Positions 7,777-18,616 of a DNA stretch of 64,000 nucleotides are shown here, piece after piece. A program made the position numbers and the translations under genes. Source of the DNA: Bacteroidota bacterium (lineage in GTDB: Bacteria; Bacteroidota; Bacteroidia; Bacteroidales; B18-G4); the NCBI GenBank assembly GCA_018831055.1, contig JAHJRE010000002.1, forward strand, positions 97 through 64,096. The letters run 5' to 3'. Numbering within the stretch: the stretch's first letter is position 1; each line of letters begins with the position of its first letter. Below the pieces are notes generated by a model that was given only the letters and a program-made list of their open reading frames with translations, had not been told where the DNA came from and made no database searches.

Positions 7777-10365
7777 TTAATTTTCAAACACCAATTCCCC
7801 ATCCTTAATGTCAATGCGGATATCGGAATCACGGTTAACGGTTCCTGCAAGGATCATTTTTGATAGCTGATTCAGGAGGTTACGCTGAATAACACGTTTG
7901 ATAGGCCTTGCACCAAACTGCGGATCGAATCCTACTCCGGCTATATGATCTATGGCCTCATTGGTGATGGAAATATGGATTCCATTTTTCTCAAGCATCT
8001 TTTTCACATGGTTAAACTGCATTTCCACAATATTTTGTATCTCGTCGCGGGTAAGCGGTTTGAACATGATGATCTCATCCACCCTGTTTAAAAATTCAGG
8101 TCGTATGGTCTTTTTCAGAAGGTCAAAAACCTGCTCCCTGGTCCGGTTAATTATTTCTTCCTTGTTCTTGTCATTAATCCGGCTGATATTTTCCTGGATG
8201 ATATGAGAGCCAATATTTGAGGTCATTATAATAATGGTGTTCTTAAAATCCACTGTCCGGCCTTTGTTGTCGGTGAGCCGCCCGTCGTCGAGTACCTGCA
8301 GCAGGATATTGAAAACATCAGGATGAGCCTTTTCAATCTCATCCAAAAGCACAACGCTATATGGTTTTCTTCGTATTGCCTCAGTCAGCTGACCGCTTTC
8401 ATCATATCCTACATATCCCGGAGGTGCTCCAATCAGCCTCGATACGCTGTGTCTTTCCTGGTATTCCGACATATCTATCCTCACCATGTTGTTCTCATTG
8501 TCGAACAGAAATTCAGCAAGGGCTTTAGCCAGCTCGGTCTTACCAACACCGGTTGTACCCAGGAAAATGAAAGATCCAATGGGTCTCCTGACATCCTGCA
8601 ATCCGGCCCTGCTCCTTCGAATGGCATCGGCAACTGCCTCAATGGCTTCATCCTGGCCTACAACACGCATATGCAACTGCGTTTCCAGATTCAATAATTT
8701 TTCTTTTTCGCTCTGCAACATCTTCGAAACCGGGATACCTGTCCAACGAGATACTATCTCGGCAATCTCCTCAGCACTTACTTCCTCGTTAATCATGGGG
8801 CTGCCTTTCTGGGTATCCTGCAACTTTAACTTGAAGGCTTCCACATCACCTTCTGCTTCCTTGATCTTCCCGTATCGCAACTCAGCTACTCTGCCAAAAT
8901 CCCCTTCCCTTTCAGCCCTTTCAGCCTCAATCTTATAATCCTCAATATCCTTTTTCCGCTTCTGGATGTTTTCAACTATCTCCTTCTCTTCCTGCCATTT
9001 GGCTTTTAACTTATTCCTGTCCTCACTCAGGTTGGCCAATTCTTCATTCAAGACCTTCAGCTTAACCTGGTCATTTTCCTTTTTAATCGCTTCTCTTTCA
9101 ATTTCAAGCTGCCTGATCCTTCTCTCTATAATTTCCAGTGGCTCCGGAAGAGAGTTTATTTCCAGTCTGAGTTTTGAAGCGGCTTCATCAATAAGGTCAA
9201 TGGCCTTATCGGGCAGAAAACGGTCGGTTATGTATCGCTGCGACAATTCAACAGCAGCTATGATAGCCTCATCCTTGATCCTTACATGATGGTGTGTTTC
9301 GTATCGTTCCTTTAATCCACGAAGTATGGAAATGGCATCCAGAATATCGGGTTCTTCAACCATCACCGGTTGAAAACGACGTTCCAGTGCTTTGTCTTTT
9401 TCAAAGTATTTCTGATATTCCTTTAAGGTTGTGGCACCGATGGCGCGTAATTCTCCTCTGGCCAGTGCCGGTTTCAGAATGTTGGCTGCATCCATTGCCC
9501 CTTCTCCCCCACCGGCTCCAACTAAGGTATGAATCTCATCAATGAATAAAACAATCTCCCCCTCTGAGCCAACTACCTCTTTCACAACGCTCTTTAACCT
9601 TTCTTCAAACTCTCCCTTGTATTTTGCTCCTGCGATCAAAGCGCCCATATCCAGAGAAAAAACCAGCTTTGACTTCAGGTTCTCCGGTACATCACCGTTA
9701 ACGATCCGGTGTGCAAGTCCTTCTGCAATAGCCGTTTTACCCGTACCCGGCTCTCCGATCAGGATGGGATTATTCTTGGTCCTGCGGGATAAGATCTGAA
9801 GAATACGTCGTATCTCCTCGTCCCTGCCTATAACAGGATCCAGCTTGCCTGAACGGGCCAGGTCATTCAGATTCCTGGCATAACGATTTAACGCGTTGAA
9901 TGCATCCTCCGCCGACTGTGAATTCACCGTGGATCCCTTTCGTAACTGCCTGATGGCTGTCTTCAACTCTTTCTCCGTCACACCGCTGTCTTTTAAAAGC
10001 TTGGCAGCCGTATCACTGCCTGCCAGTATCCCCAAAAGGATGTGTTCTATCGTAATGAATTCGTCGTTGAATTCCTTCATATAAGCCTGGGCCTTTTGCA
10101 AAGCCCTGCTAGCATCGTTCGACAAATATTGCTCACCTCCCGTCACTTTCGGATAAGAACCAATAATCCGGTCAAGCGCCTGGTTCATAATGGGGAGGTC
10201 GACATTTAACTTCTTGAGTAAAAAAGGAACCACATTCTCGTCGGCCGACAAAATACCCTTAAGTATATGTGTCGTTTCAATAGCCTGCTGCTCATGCGCC
10301 GCGGCCATTTCCTGTGCCTTCTGGATGGCTTCCTGGGATTTTATGGTATAATTGTTAAAGTTCAT
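7777..10365 (-). CDS. clpB: ATP-dependent chaperone / disaggregase ClpB
   Basis: The protein is 862 aa with two AAA+ modules (GEPGTGKTAIAEGLA and GTTGVGKTELAKALA), a long coiled-coil middle domain, and a Clp N-domain. Confidence 0.95.
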   Translation of the reverse strand: MNFNNYTIKSQEAIQKAQEMAAAHEQQAIETTHILKGILSADENVVPFLLKKLNVDLPIMNQALDRIIGSYPKVTGGEQYLSNDASRALQKAQAYMKEFNDEFITIEHILLGILAGSDTAAKLLKDSGVTEKELKTAIRQLRKGSTVNSQSAEDAFNALNRYARNLNDLARSGKLDPVIGRDEEIRRILQILSRRTKNNPILIGEPGTGKTAIAEGLAHRIVNGDVPENLKSKLVFSLDMGALIAGAKYKGEFEERLKSVVKEVVGSEGEIVLFIDEIHTLVGAGGGEGAMDAANILKPALARGELRAIGATTLKEYQKYFEKDKALERRFQPVMVEEPDILDAISILRGLKERYETHHHVRIKDEAIIAAVELSQRYITDRFLPDKAIDLIDEAASKLRLEINSLPEPLEIIERRIRQLEIEREAIKKENDQVKLKVLNEELANLSEDRNKLKAKWQEEKEIVENIQKRKKDIEDYKIEAERAEREGDFGRVAELRYGKIKEAEGDVEAFKLKLQDTQKGSPMINEEVSAEEIAEIVSRWTGIPVSKMLQSEKEKLLNLETQLHMRVVGQDEAIEAVADAIRRSRAGLQDVRRPIGSFIFLGTTGVGKTELAKALAEFLFDNENNMVRIDMSEYQERHSVSRLIGAPPGYVGYDESGQLTEAIRRKPYSVVLLDEIEKAHPDVFNILLQVLDDGRLTDNKGRTVDFKNTIIIMTSNIGSHIIQENISRINDKNKEEIINRTREQVFDLLKKTIRPEFLNRVDEIIMFKPLTRDEIQNIVEMQFNHVKKMLEKNGIHISITNEAIDHIAGVGFDPQFGARPIKRVIQRNLLNQLSKMILAGTVNRDSDIRIDIKDGELVFEN

Positions 10366-10407
10366 AATATTAATTTTCCTTTCAATCTTTTACGTTGCCT
10401 CTTTCCT

Positions 10408-10415
10408 CAAAGATA
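10408..10415 (-). promoter_or_regulatory. Candidate -7 promoter box (TATCTTTG on the minus strand) for clpB
   Basis: The plus strand reads caaagata, 43 nt upstream of the clpB start. It is the same octamer as at 7701-7708. Confidence 0.3.
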
Positions 10416-10625
10416 CTGCCAGGTAGTGGATATTTAAATTTCAGGACGTTATGACACATTACTGCAAACAATATATGACTTTTTGTCCTGATATTTACTA
10501 TCTCAGGGCAATAAATTTAAGAATATCACATTATTTGGTGTAAGTAGTTGCAGGATAATCCCAATGGGTTACATTTTTTTTAATAATTTTACACCCCTTT
10601 AACTTTAGAATTTAAACATCGGTTC

Positions 10626-11882
10626 ATGTATAAAGGAATACTGATCTTCATCATTTTAAGTTATGCTTCGTTTTCCAGGGCTGGCATACTTTCCGACACT
10701 GTCAACGTATTTCAGGCCGATACTGTCCTTTTCTGTCACACCGATAGCGTTGCACTGGATGCCGGGCCCGGCTATGTGACCTATTCCTGGAATACCGGTT
10801 CCGAAGCCCAGGTGATTTTTGTTAAAGAAACAGGTTTATACTCGGTGAGTGTCTTCGACGGAACCAATACCTTCAGCACCGATTGCTATTTCATTAATTC
10901 AAAGATCATCCAGGAAGGGGAAAAGCTCTGCTATAAGGATACGGTCTTTCTTCTGGCCAGCCCGAACAGCGATTTTCTCACTTATGTTTGGAGCACAGGC
11001 GATACAAGCTTTTTTACACAGGATATAATTCTAGACTCAACAACATATTTTTTAAAAGCCATTCATAATAATAGCTTCTGCTTCGACAGCATTACCTTTC
11101 CTATATTTCCTCGTATGTATCTTAGCTTCGAGCAACCTAACCTTATTTGCCCCGGAGGCGATTGCAAAGGTCAGGTAAAGGCAACAGCCTCCGGTGGATC
11201 TGAACCCTATCACTACCGATGGTTTTCCAAAATTGACCCCGGGGATAGCAGTTATGCCATAGGGTTATGCGACGATCAGTACCGAATTATCGCTAAAGAT
11301 GGGTATGGATGCAGATTTGATACATCCTATATGGTGGAATTGTTCGACATGCCTGAAATAGAAGCAGAATACACACCCGATACCGTTTATATCACAAACC
11401 CACGAGCCATATTTTTCTTTGAAAATAAATCCGCAGATTCAATTGAAGTTACTGACTGGAGCTGGAGCTTCGGTGATAATACCAAGTCCGATCTTGCATC
11501 CCCCGTTCATTATTACCAAAGTACCGGTAATTACGACGCTTTTTTCAAATACACAACCATCGATGGTTGTCAGGACTCCCTCCTGCTGATTGTCCCCGTC
11601 AAAGAACTGGAACTTAAAGTACCGAATGTGTTTACTCCGAACGGAGATGGTATCAACGATTATTTTGAGATTAAAAAACTCGAAAATTTCGTTTCCAATG
11701 AAATGGTCATATATAACCGCTGGGGTAAAAAAGTCTATGAAGTTGTTAATTATCAAAACGATTGGGACGGAAAAGGCTTGGAAGATGGAACATATTATTT
11801 TGTTATAAAGCTTAAAGGATACTTTGATGACGATGAAAAATACGGGTCTGTAATGATCATCGGAAGAGAGAAAAATCAGTAG
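10626..11882 (+). CDS. Secreted protein with a PKD-like domain and a gliding-motility-associated / T9SS type B C-terminal sorting domain
   Basis: A signal peptide is present. A PKD-like segment reads WSWSFGDNTKS. The C-terminal VPNVFTPNGDGINDYFEI...YNRWGKKVY signature is typical of the CHU_C / type B T9SS CTD. Confidence 0.8.
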   Translation: MYKGILIFIILSYASFSRAGILSDTVNVFQADTVLFCHTDSVALDAGPGYVTYSWNTGSEAQVIFVKETGLYSVSVFDGTNTFSTDCYFINSKIIQEGEKLCYKDTVFLLASPNSDFLTYVWSTGDTSFFTQDIILDSTTYFLKAIHNNSFCFDSITFPIFPRMYLSFEQPNLICPGGDCKGQVKATASGGSEPYHYRWFSKIDPGDSSYAIGLCDDQYRIIAKDGYGCRFDTSYMVELFDMPEIEAEYTPDTVYITNPRAIFFFENKSADSIEVTDWSWSFGDNTKSDLASPVHYYQSTGNYDAFFKYTTIDGCQDSLLLIVPVKELELKVPNVFTPNGDGINDYFEIKKLENFVSNEMVIYNRWGKKVYEVVNYQNDWDGKGLEDGTYYFVIKLKGYFDDDEKYGSVMIIGREKNQ

Positions 11883-11889
11883 TTCTGTA

Positions 11890-11897
11890 TATATTTG
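11890..11897 (+). promoter_or_regulatory. Candidate -7 promoter box TATATTTG only 5 nt upstream of the DUF1573 ATG (near-leaderless geometry)
   Basis: The sequence is tatatttg-caagc-ATG. No clear -33 TTTG was seen. Confidence 0.3.
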
Positions 11898-11902
11898 CAA
11901 GC

Positions 11903-12373
11903 ATGAAAAAGCGTTTAACCTGGATATTTGCTGCTGTATTGGTTGTATTTACAATTTCCTGCGGAAATCAGGGAGAAAATGAAAGTATATCGTCAGATGT
12001 AATAAACAATCCCATTACAGCAAACGGTGAAAGCAACCTGGATGAACTTCCTGTATTGGAATTCCTGGATACTACTCATGACTTTGGGAATGTGATACAA
12101 GGAGAAAAAGTGACGTATGCATTCCGTTTCACCAACGCAGGCAAGAGCGATCTGATTATTGCAAAAGTCAGCGCAAGTTGTGGTTGCACTGCAACAGAAT
12201 ACCCAAGGCATGCCATAAAACCAGGTGAAAAAGGAGTTATTTCCATAACATTTGACAGTGAAGGCAGACTGGGATTTCAGAATAAAACCGCTGATGTTCT
12301 CGCAAATACTCAACCAAACTTAACAACATTAAGAGTTAAAGCAAAAGTAATAACACCGGAATCGATGAGGTGA
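11903..12373 (+). CDS. DUF1573 domain-containing lipoprotein
   Basis: The lipobox reads VVFTISC. The motifs FRFTNAGKSDLIIAKVSASCGCT and the length are characteristic of DUF1573. The position upstream of yajC is conserved in Bacteroidota. Confidence 0.8.
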   Translation: MKKRLTWIFAAVLVVFTISCGNQGENESISSDVINNPITANGESNLDELPVLEFLDTTHDFGNVIQGEKVTYAFRFTNAGKSDLIIAKVSASCGCTATEYPRHAIKPGEKGVISITFDSEGRLGFQNKTADVLANTQPNLTTLRVKAKVITPESMR

Positions 12374-12437
12374 TCCCGGCTTACGCCGGGACAGGCAGGA
12401 TAGAAAAATAACCATATAACCATATAATAATTTAAAT

Positions 12438-12776
12438 ATGAACAACCTACTCAACATTCTATTATTCATGCCTCAGGGCGAAGGTGGTGAAGGCGGTGGA
12501 TTTATGCAGTTTCTCCCGCTACTTCTGATCATAGTAGTCTTTTATCTATTCTTCATCCGGCCGCAAATGAAGAAATCCAAGGATCAGAAAAAATTCAGAG
12601 AAACTCTTCAAAAAGGCAGCAAGGTCGTTACCATAGGTGGAATTCACGGAAAAATTACGGATGTGAAAGACACTACCGTTACACTGGATGTAGGCATAGG
12701 CAATCCGATATTGATGACTTTCGAAAAATCCGCCATCGCCATGGATACATCATCTCAATTGAATCAGAACAAATAA
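12438..12776 (+). CDS. yajC: Preprotein translocase subunit YajC
   Basis: There is a single TM segment followed by FFIRPQMKKSKDQKKFRETLQKGSKVVTIGGIHGKI. Confidence 0.9.
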   Translation: MNNLLNILLFMPQGEGGEGGGFMQFLPLLLIIVVFYLFFIRPQMKKSKDQKKFRETLQKGSKVVTIGGIHGKITDVKDTTVTLDVGIGNPILMTFEKSAIAMDTSSQLNQNK

Positions 12777-12792
12777 ACCATAATCACAGGAT

Positions 12793-13791
12793 GTGAAACC
12801 ATCCATCATTGGATTTTTAAAAAGGGCCAGGAAACCGACCGATGCAAGATTCAGGAACCAATTATATGTTTTATTGGTTTGTCTTGTATTGTCAGTTATT
12901 ATCTGGATCCTGATCAAACTTTCCCAGACCTACGTGGCGCCGGTCAGCTTTAAGTATGAATTCACCGGTGTTCCTCAGGATAAAGTCATTTTTCCGGAAC
13001 AAAAGAAGATCATTGCAACAATCAAAGGTAAAGGATCCGATTTATTCTCCCTGAAATACATGACCATAAAACCGGTTTTTTATATTGATATTTCAGGAAT
13101 TAATTATAAAAAAGACAAGAAGAAACAGCATTTTTTCCTTTTGTCACGACAAATCCAGCAGGATGTGGCCAATCAGCTGCCAAACCCTTTCCAGTTAACG
13201 GGTATATCACCGGATTCTTTGTTTTTTAGCCTGTCTCAAAAAAAAATCATCAAAATCCCTGTCAAACCAAACCTAAACCTGCATTTCCGCCAGCAATATC
13301 TCCAGTATGACAGCCTTATTCTTGATCCTGCCTTTATTACGGTCGAAGGACCAGCTTCCATCCTCGATACAATTAAAGTAATCAAAACAGAGAGAAAATC
13401 GGTTGACAACCTCGATGAAACCGCAACGTTTAGCCTTTCACTCAAACTGCCCTTTGATGAAGAATATATTAACTACTCCGATAAAATGACCGAGGTCACA
13501 ATTCCGGTGGAGAAGTTTACTGAATCAAGCGTGGAAGTCGCGGTAGAAATAATACATAATGAACCCGGAATCAGAATCAAGACCTTTCCGGAAAAAGTGC
13601 ATATTACTTTCCTCATCGCCATGAAAGATTATAGCCGTCTCGATAAAAACCAGTTCAGGGTTGCTGTCCGATACGATGAAGCATCACGTCAACAGCGAAA
13701 ATTAAAGACAGAACTAATCCAGATGCCGTCTTTTATCCGATTGGTTAAAGCAGAACCTGAATATGTTGATTTCATTATAATGAAGCAATGA
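12793..13791 (+). CDS. YbbR-like (CdaR-family) domain protein, membrane anchored
   Basis: It has a GTG start and an N-terminal TM segment (LYVLLVCLVLSVIIWILI), followed by repeated beta-rich modules. It lies between yajC and coaE, as in other Bacteroidota. Confidence 0.55.
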   Translation: MKPSIIGFLKRARKPTDARFRNQLYVLLVCLVLSVIIWILIKLSQTYVAPVSFKYEFTGVPQDKVIFPEQKKIIATIKGKGSDLFSLKYMTIKPVFYIDISGINYKKDKKKQHFFLLSRQIQQDVANQLPNPFQLTGISPDSLFFSLSQKKIIKIPVKPNLNLHFRQQYLQYDSLILDPAFITVEGPASILDTIKVIKTERKSVDNLDETATFSLSLKLPFDEEYINYSDKMTEVTIPVEKFTESSVEVAVEIIHNEPGIRIKTFPEKVHITFLIAMKDYSRLDKNQFRVAVRYDEASRQQRKLKTELIQMPSFIRLVKAEPEYVDFIIMKQ

Positions 13792-14396
13792 TAAAGGCAG
13801 GATTAACCGGGATCATGGGTAGTGGGAAAAGCACGGCAGCCAGAATATTTGAGGTATTAGGCGTTCCTGTCTTTAATGCAGATCAGGCTGCGAAAAACCT
13901 TTACAGCAACCCGGATACTGTCAGAGAAGTCATCACTGCTTTCGGTTCCGACATCCTGGATGATAATCATCGAATCGATTTCGGAAAATTATCTAATGTT
14001 GTTTTTAATGATAAAACATCCAACGAAACGATTAACAGGATCATTCATCCTAAAGTCAAATTCCTGGTAGAATCCTGGTTCACAAATAATTCAAATTACC
14101 CTATGGCTATTTACGAATCGGCCCTTCTTTTTGAAAGTGGTTTTTACGAATTACTCGATTGGAAGATTACAGTTACAGCTCCGCTTGAATTATGTTTGCA
14201 AAGGATTAGGGAGAGAAGTAATCTTTCCGATGACGAAATCCTCCAAAGGATGTCATTCCAATATTCTGATGAAAAAAAAAGAAAACTATCTGATGCCATA
14301 ATATATAATGACGAAAAGCAAATGCTCCTTCCGCAGGTTCTCCGCCTTTATAAGTCAATCCTGAAAAATCAAGCACCAGGTACGCTAAAAAGCTAA
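13788..14396 (+). CDS. coaE: Dephospho-CoA kinase
   Basis: The P-loop reads GLTGIMGSGKST. The protein is 202 aa. An ATGA 4-nt overlap with the upstream gene suggests translational coupling. Confidence 0.9.
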   Translation: MIKAGLTGIMGSGKSTAARIFEVLGVPVFNADQAAKNLYSNPDTVREVITAFGSDILDDNHRIDFGKLSNVVFNDKTSNETINRIIHPKVKFLVESWFTNNSNYPMAIYESALLFESGFYELLDWKITVTAPLELCLQRIRERSNLSDDEILQRMSFQYSDEKKRKLSDAIIYNDEKQMLLPQVLRLYKSILKNQAPGTLKS

Positions 14397-14572
14397 CAGA
14401 AGAATTCTCTTAGATTTTAATGGATTTTCCTGAAAATCAGCTATAATCCTATTGACTTTTCGATATTATTTAACTAATTTTGAATAGCTTTAATAAGTTT
14501 ATTCTTATTCTGTTATTTCTAATAATCTAAAAGCACGCTTCATTTTTTGTCGGATTATAAAATAAAAGGAAT

Positions 14573-14797
14573 ATGGATAAAGGTCAGATACAGGAAATCC
14601 TAATTGAGACCATCTCAATGTGTGCTGATGATACAGGTTGGGCAAACCTAGCTAAAATTGGGGCAATTCTCAGGAAAAAAGGTTTGAAGTACGGTAGGTT
14701 ATCCAGGATGCTCAAGGAATACGGCCAGATAATTGAATTGAGGGTTGACGAAAGCATCCAGCCTCCTGTAGCTTATGCCCGAATAATTCAAACGTAA
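14573..14797 (+). CDS. Small stand-alone OST-HTH/LOTUS-like domain protein (74 aa)
   Basis: The pattern DDTGWANLAKIGAILRKKGLKYGRLSRMLKEYGQIIEL resembles the OST-HTH consensus (GW.nL..lG..Lrk ... gy.kLs.ll...). It is preceded by a 176-nt AT-rich spacer. Confidence 0.45.
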   Translation: MDKGQIQEILIETISMCADDTGWANLAKIGAILRKKGLKYGRLSRMLKEYGQIIELRVDESIQPPVAYARIIQT

Positions 14798-14872
14798 GAC
14801 AGTGGATGGCCAAGAGGCTTTGTTAAATCAAAGAAAAAACAGTTATTAATCTCCCAACAAGAGAAAGCAGAT

Positions 14873-16825
14873 TTATTTTTTCCGTGCGTTGGGATTGTAT
14901 CCTCTTTTTCTGGCAGCATCTTCCAGTCTTTTCTGAAATCCAGACTTCTTCGCGGGCTTTTTCTTGTTTTCCTGTAGCTGTGAATAAATTTTGTCTTCAT
15001 TAATAGTTTGACGTATTACATACATCTGCCCGAATGTGAACAAATTAGCTAACAGATAATAATAACTCAGCGCTGAAGCATAATTATTGAAGATTCCAAG
15101 GAACATTACCGGCATAAGGTACATCATTGTCTTCATTCCCGGCATTTGAGTAGTTGATGACCCCATCATCTGGTTGTTCATCCAAGTGTAAATGATCGTT
15201 GATACTGTCATCAGCAAGGTAAACAAGCTTACATGATCTCCATAAAAAGGAATATTGAAAGGCAGGTTAAATATGGAATCATAACTGGAAAGGTCGTGAG
15301 CCCATAAGAATGGCTGCTGTCTTAGTTCAATGGAAGAAGGGAAAAACCTGAACATTGCCAGCAGGATAGGAAGTTGCAGCAGCATTGGAACACAACCGGC
15401 CATAGGATTCACACCCGCCTTTCGGTAAAGTTCCATGGTTGCCTGCTGTTTCTTCATTGCGTCTTCCTTCTTGGGGAATTTTTTTGCTAACTCGTCAACT
15501 TCAGGTTTCAATACGCGCATTTTTGCTGTCGAACGGTACATTTTATACGCTATGGGGAAAAGGACTATCTTCAATAAAATAGTAAGTACCAGGATGATAA
15601 TACCATAGTTCCAGCCAAGGCCACCAAGATAATCGAATACAGGAATCACGGCAAAACGATTGATCCATTGCATCAGGAAAAAACTCCAGCCCAAAGGGAT
15701 CTGCCTTTCAAGGTCCTGTTTGTAGGAACGCATAACTTTATAGCTGTTAGGGCCAAAATAGAACTGCATTCCGTAGGTATGGTTTCCAATCTGATTGTAA
15801 GGTAACCCGAGGGTCATATACATTGACTTGAGGTAGCGATCTCCCGCAGGGTGCTCCAATGTCAGGGTTTTCATTACAGGATTTACAAACTGATCATTAG
15901 CAATGATCGTTGAGCTGAAAAAGTGCTGTTTAAAGGAAACCCATTTTACTTTATCGGTGAGAGACTCTTCATCATCCTTCGTTTCGGAGAGATAATCAAC
16001 CTCACCGTCGGTAAACCTGAAATATATGGTGGAACCGTTGAAACGGTCTACAACTTTTTCTTGCTTCCTCAGGTCGGTTTTCCATACCAAATCAATAATA
16101 TTCCCGCTGCCGGCGATCGCATTATCCAAACCGACAAGGTTGATATCGAATCCGATCATGTATTCATCCGGCGCTATGGTATAAACATATTCAATGAACT
16201 TGTTTTCATCGGGAATTTCATCCTGGCCAACGGGATACAGACGCATGGAGACTATAACCGGCTGTTCGTTGTCACCGGAAAAAAACTCATCAGTCCCCTT
16301 CCATGGTTTTCCGTTAACATAAGGAGTAAAAAACAGATCACCGGTAAAAACTGCTTTATTATCTGCGTAAAACTGAAGACCGAATAAGGTAGTATCGGAG
16401 TCGAAAAGAATCAGAGGTAATGAATCAAAAGTCTGGTATTCCTTCAACTCAACGCTGTAGATACGACCTCCGCGGGGAGAAAACGTAATTCTTACGAGAC
16501 CGTTATCAATAGTTATCAGTTCATTTTCACCTGCTAAAGCGTGGGCAAAAACACCATATTTGGTTTTTAGAGCCTGAGACAGGACACTACTATCCTTTGT
16601 AATCTTCAAAACCTCATCTGCCTCTTTTACTATTGAATCTTCCTGCATTTCCCTGACCCTGGCAAGAGAATCCTTTCTTTGCATCTCCTCAAACCTTACC
16701 ATTTCGATGGAATCCTGCCTTCTTTGTTGCTTTTCCAGTTCCTCTTCTGATGGTTTCATCAGAAGACTCCAGCCAATAAAAATGCCGAAGATCAGGACCA
16801 GGCCTATGATGGTATTTCTGTTCAT
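14873..16825 (-). CDS. yidC: Membrane protein insertase YidC (long Bacteroidota form)
   Basis: The protein is 650 aa with an N-terminal TM segment, a large periplasmic domain and a C-terminal 60-kDa IMP core (PLGWSFFLMQWINRF, CVPMLLQLPILLAMF). It lies downstream of pyrG. Confidence 0.9.
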   Translation of the reverse strand: MNRNTIIGLVLIFGIFIGWSLLMKPSEEELEKQQRRQDSIEMVRFEEMQRKDSLARVREMQEDSIVKEADEVLKITKDSSVLSQALKTKYGVFAHALAGENELITIDNGLVRITFSPRGGRIYSVELKEYQTFDSLPLILFDSDTTLFGLQFYADNKAVFTGDLFFTPYVNGKPWKGTDEFFSGDNEQPVIVSMRLYPVGQDEIPDENKFIEYVYTIAPDEYMIGFDINLVGLDNAIAGSGNIIDLVWKTDLRKQEKVVDRFNGSTIYFRFTDGEVDYLSETKDDEESLTDKVKWVSFKQHFFSSTIIANDQFVNPVMKTLTLEHPAGDRYLKSMYMTLGLPYNQIGNHTYGMQFYFGPNSYKVMRSYKQDLERQIPLGWSFFLMQWINRFAVIPVFDYLGGLGWNYGIIILVLTILLKIVLFPIAYKMYRSTAKMRVLKPEVDELAKKFPKKEDAMKKQQATMELYRKAGVNPMAGCVPMLLQLPILLAMFRFFPSSIELRQQPFLWAHDLSSYDSIFNLPFNIPFYGDHVSLFTLLMTVSTIIYTWMNNQMMGSSTTQMPGMKTMMYLMPVMFLGIFNNYASALSYYYLLANLFTFGQMYVIRQTINEDKIYSQLQENKKKPAKKSGFQKRLEDAARKRGYNPNARKK

Positions 16826-16882
16826 CCGAATAAATGTTTTTTATGGGATGGCAAATTTAATTGAAAAAAATGAGAATGGAAA

Positions 16883-18591
<1,709 letters not shown>

Positions 18592-18616
18592 TTTTCCCGG
18601 ATTTTCTCAAGATATA

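Noticed and set aside
7952-10084. Multiple 60-150-aa plus-strand ORFs inside clpB, and similar antisense ORFs inside rpsA, pyrG, yidC, htrA and the kinase gene
   Set aside because: All are antisense to long genes with strong family signatures. Their translations are low-complexity Ser/Leu/Ile-rich, as expected from the reverse frame of coding sequence.
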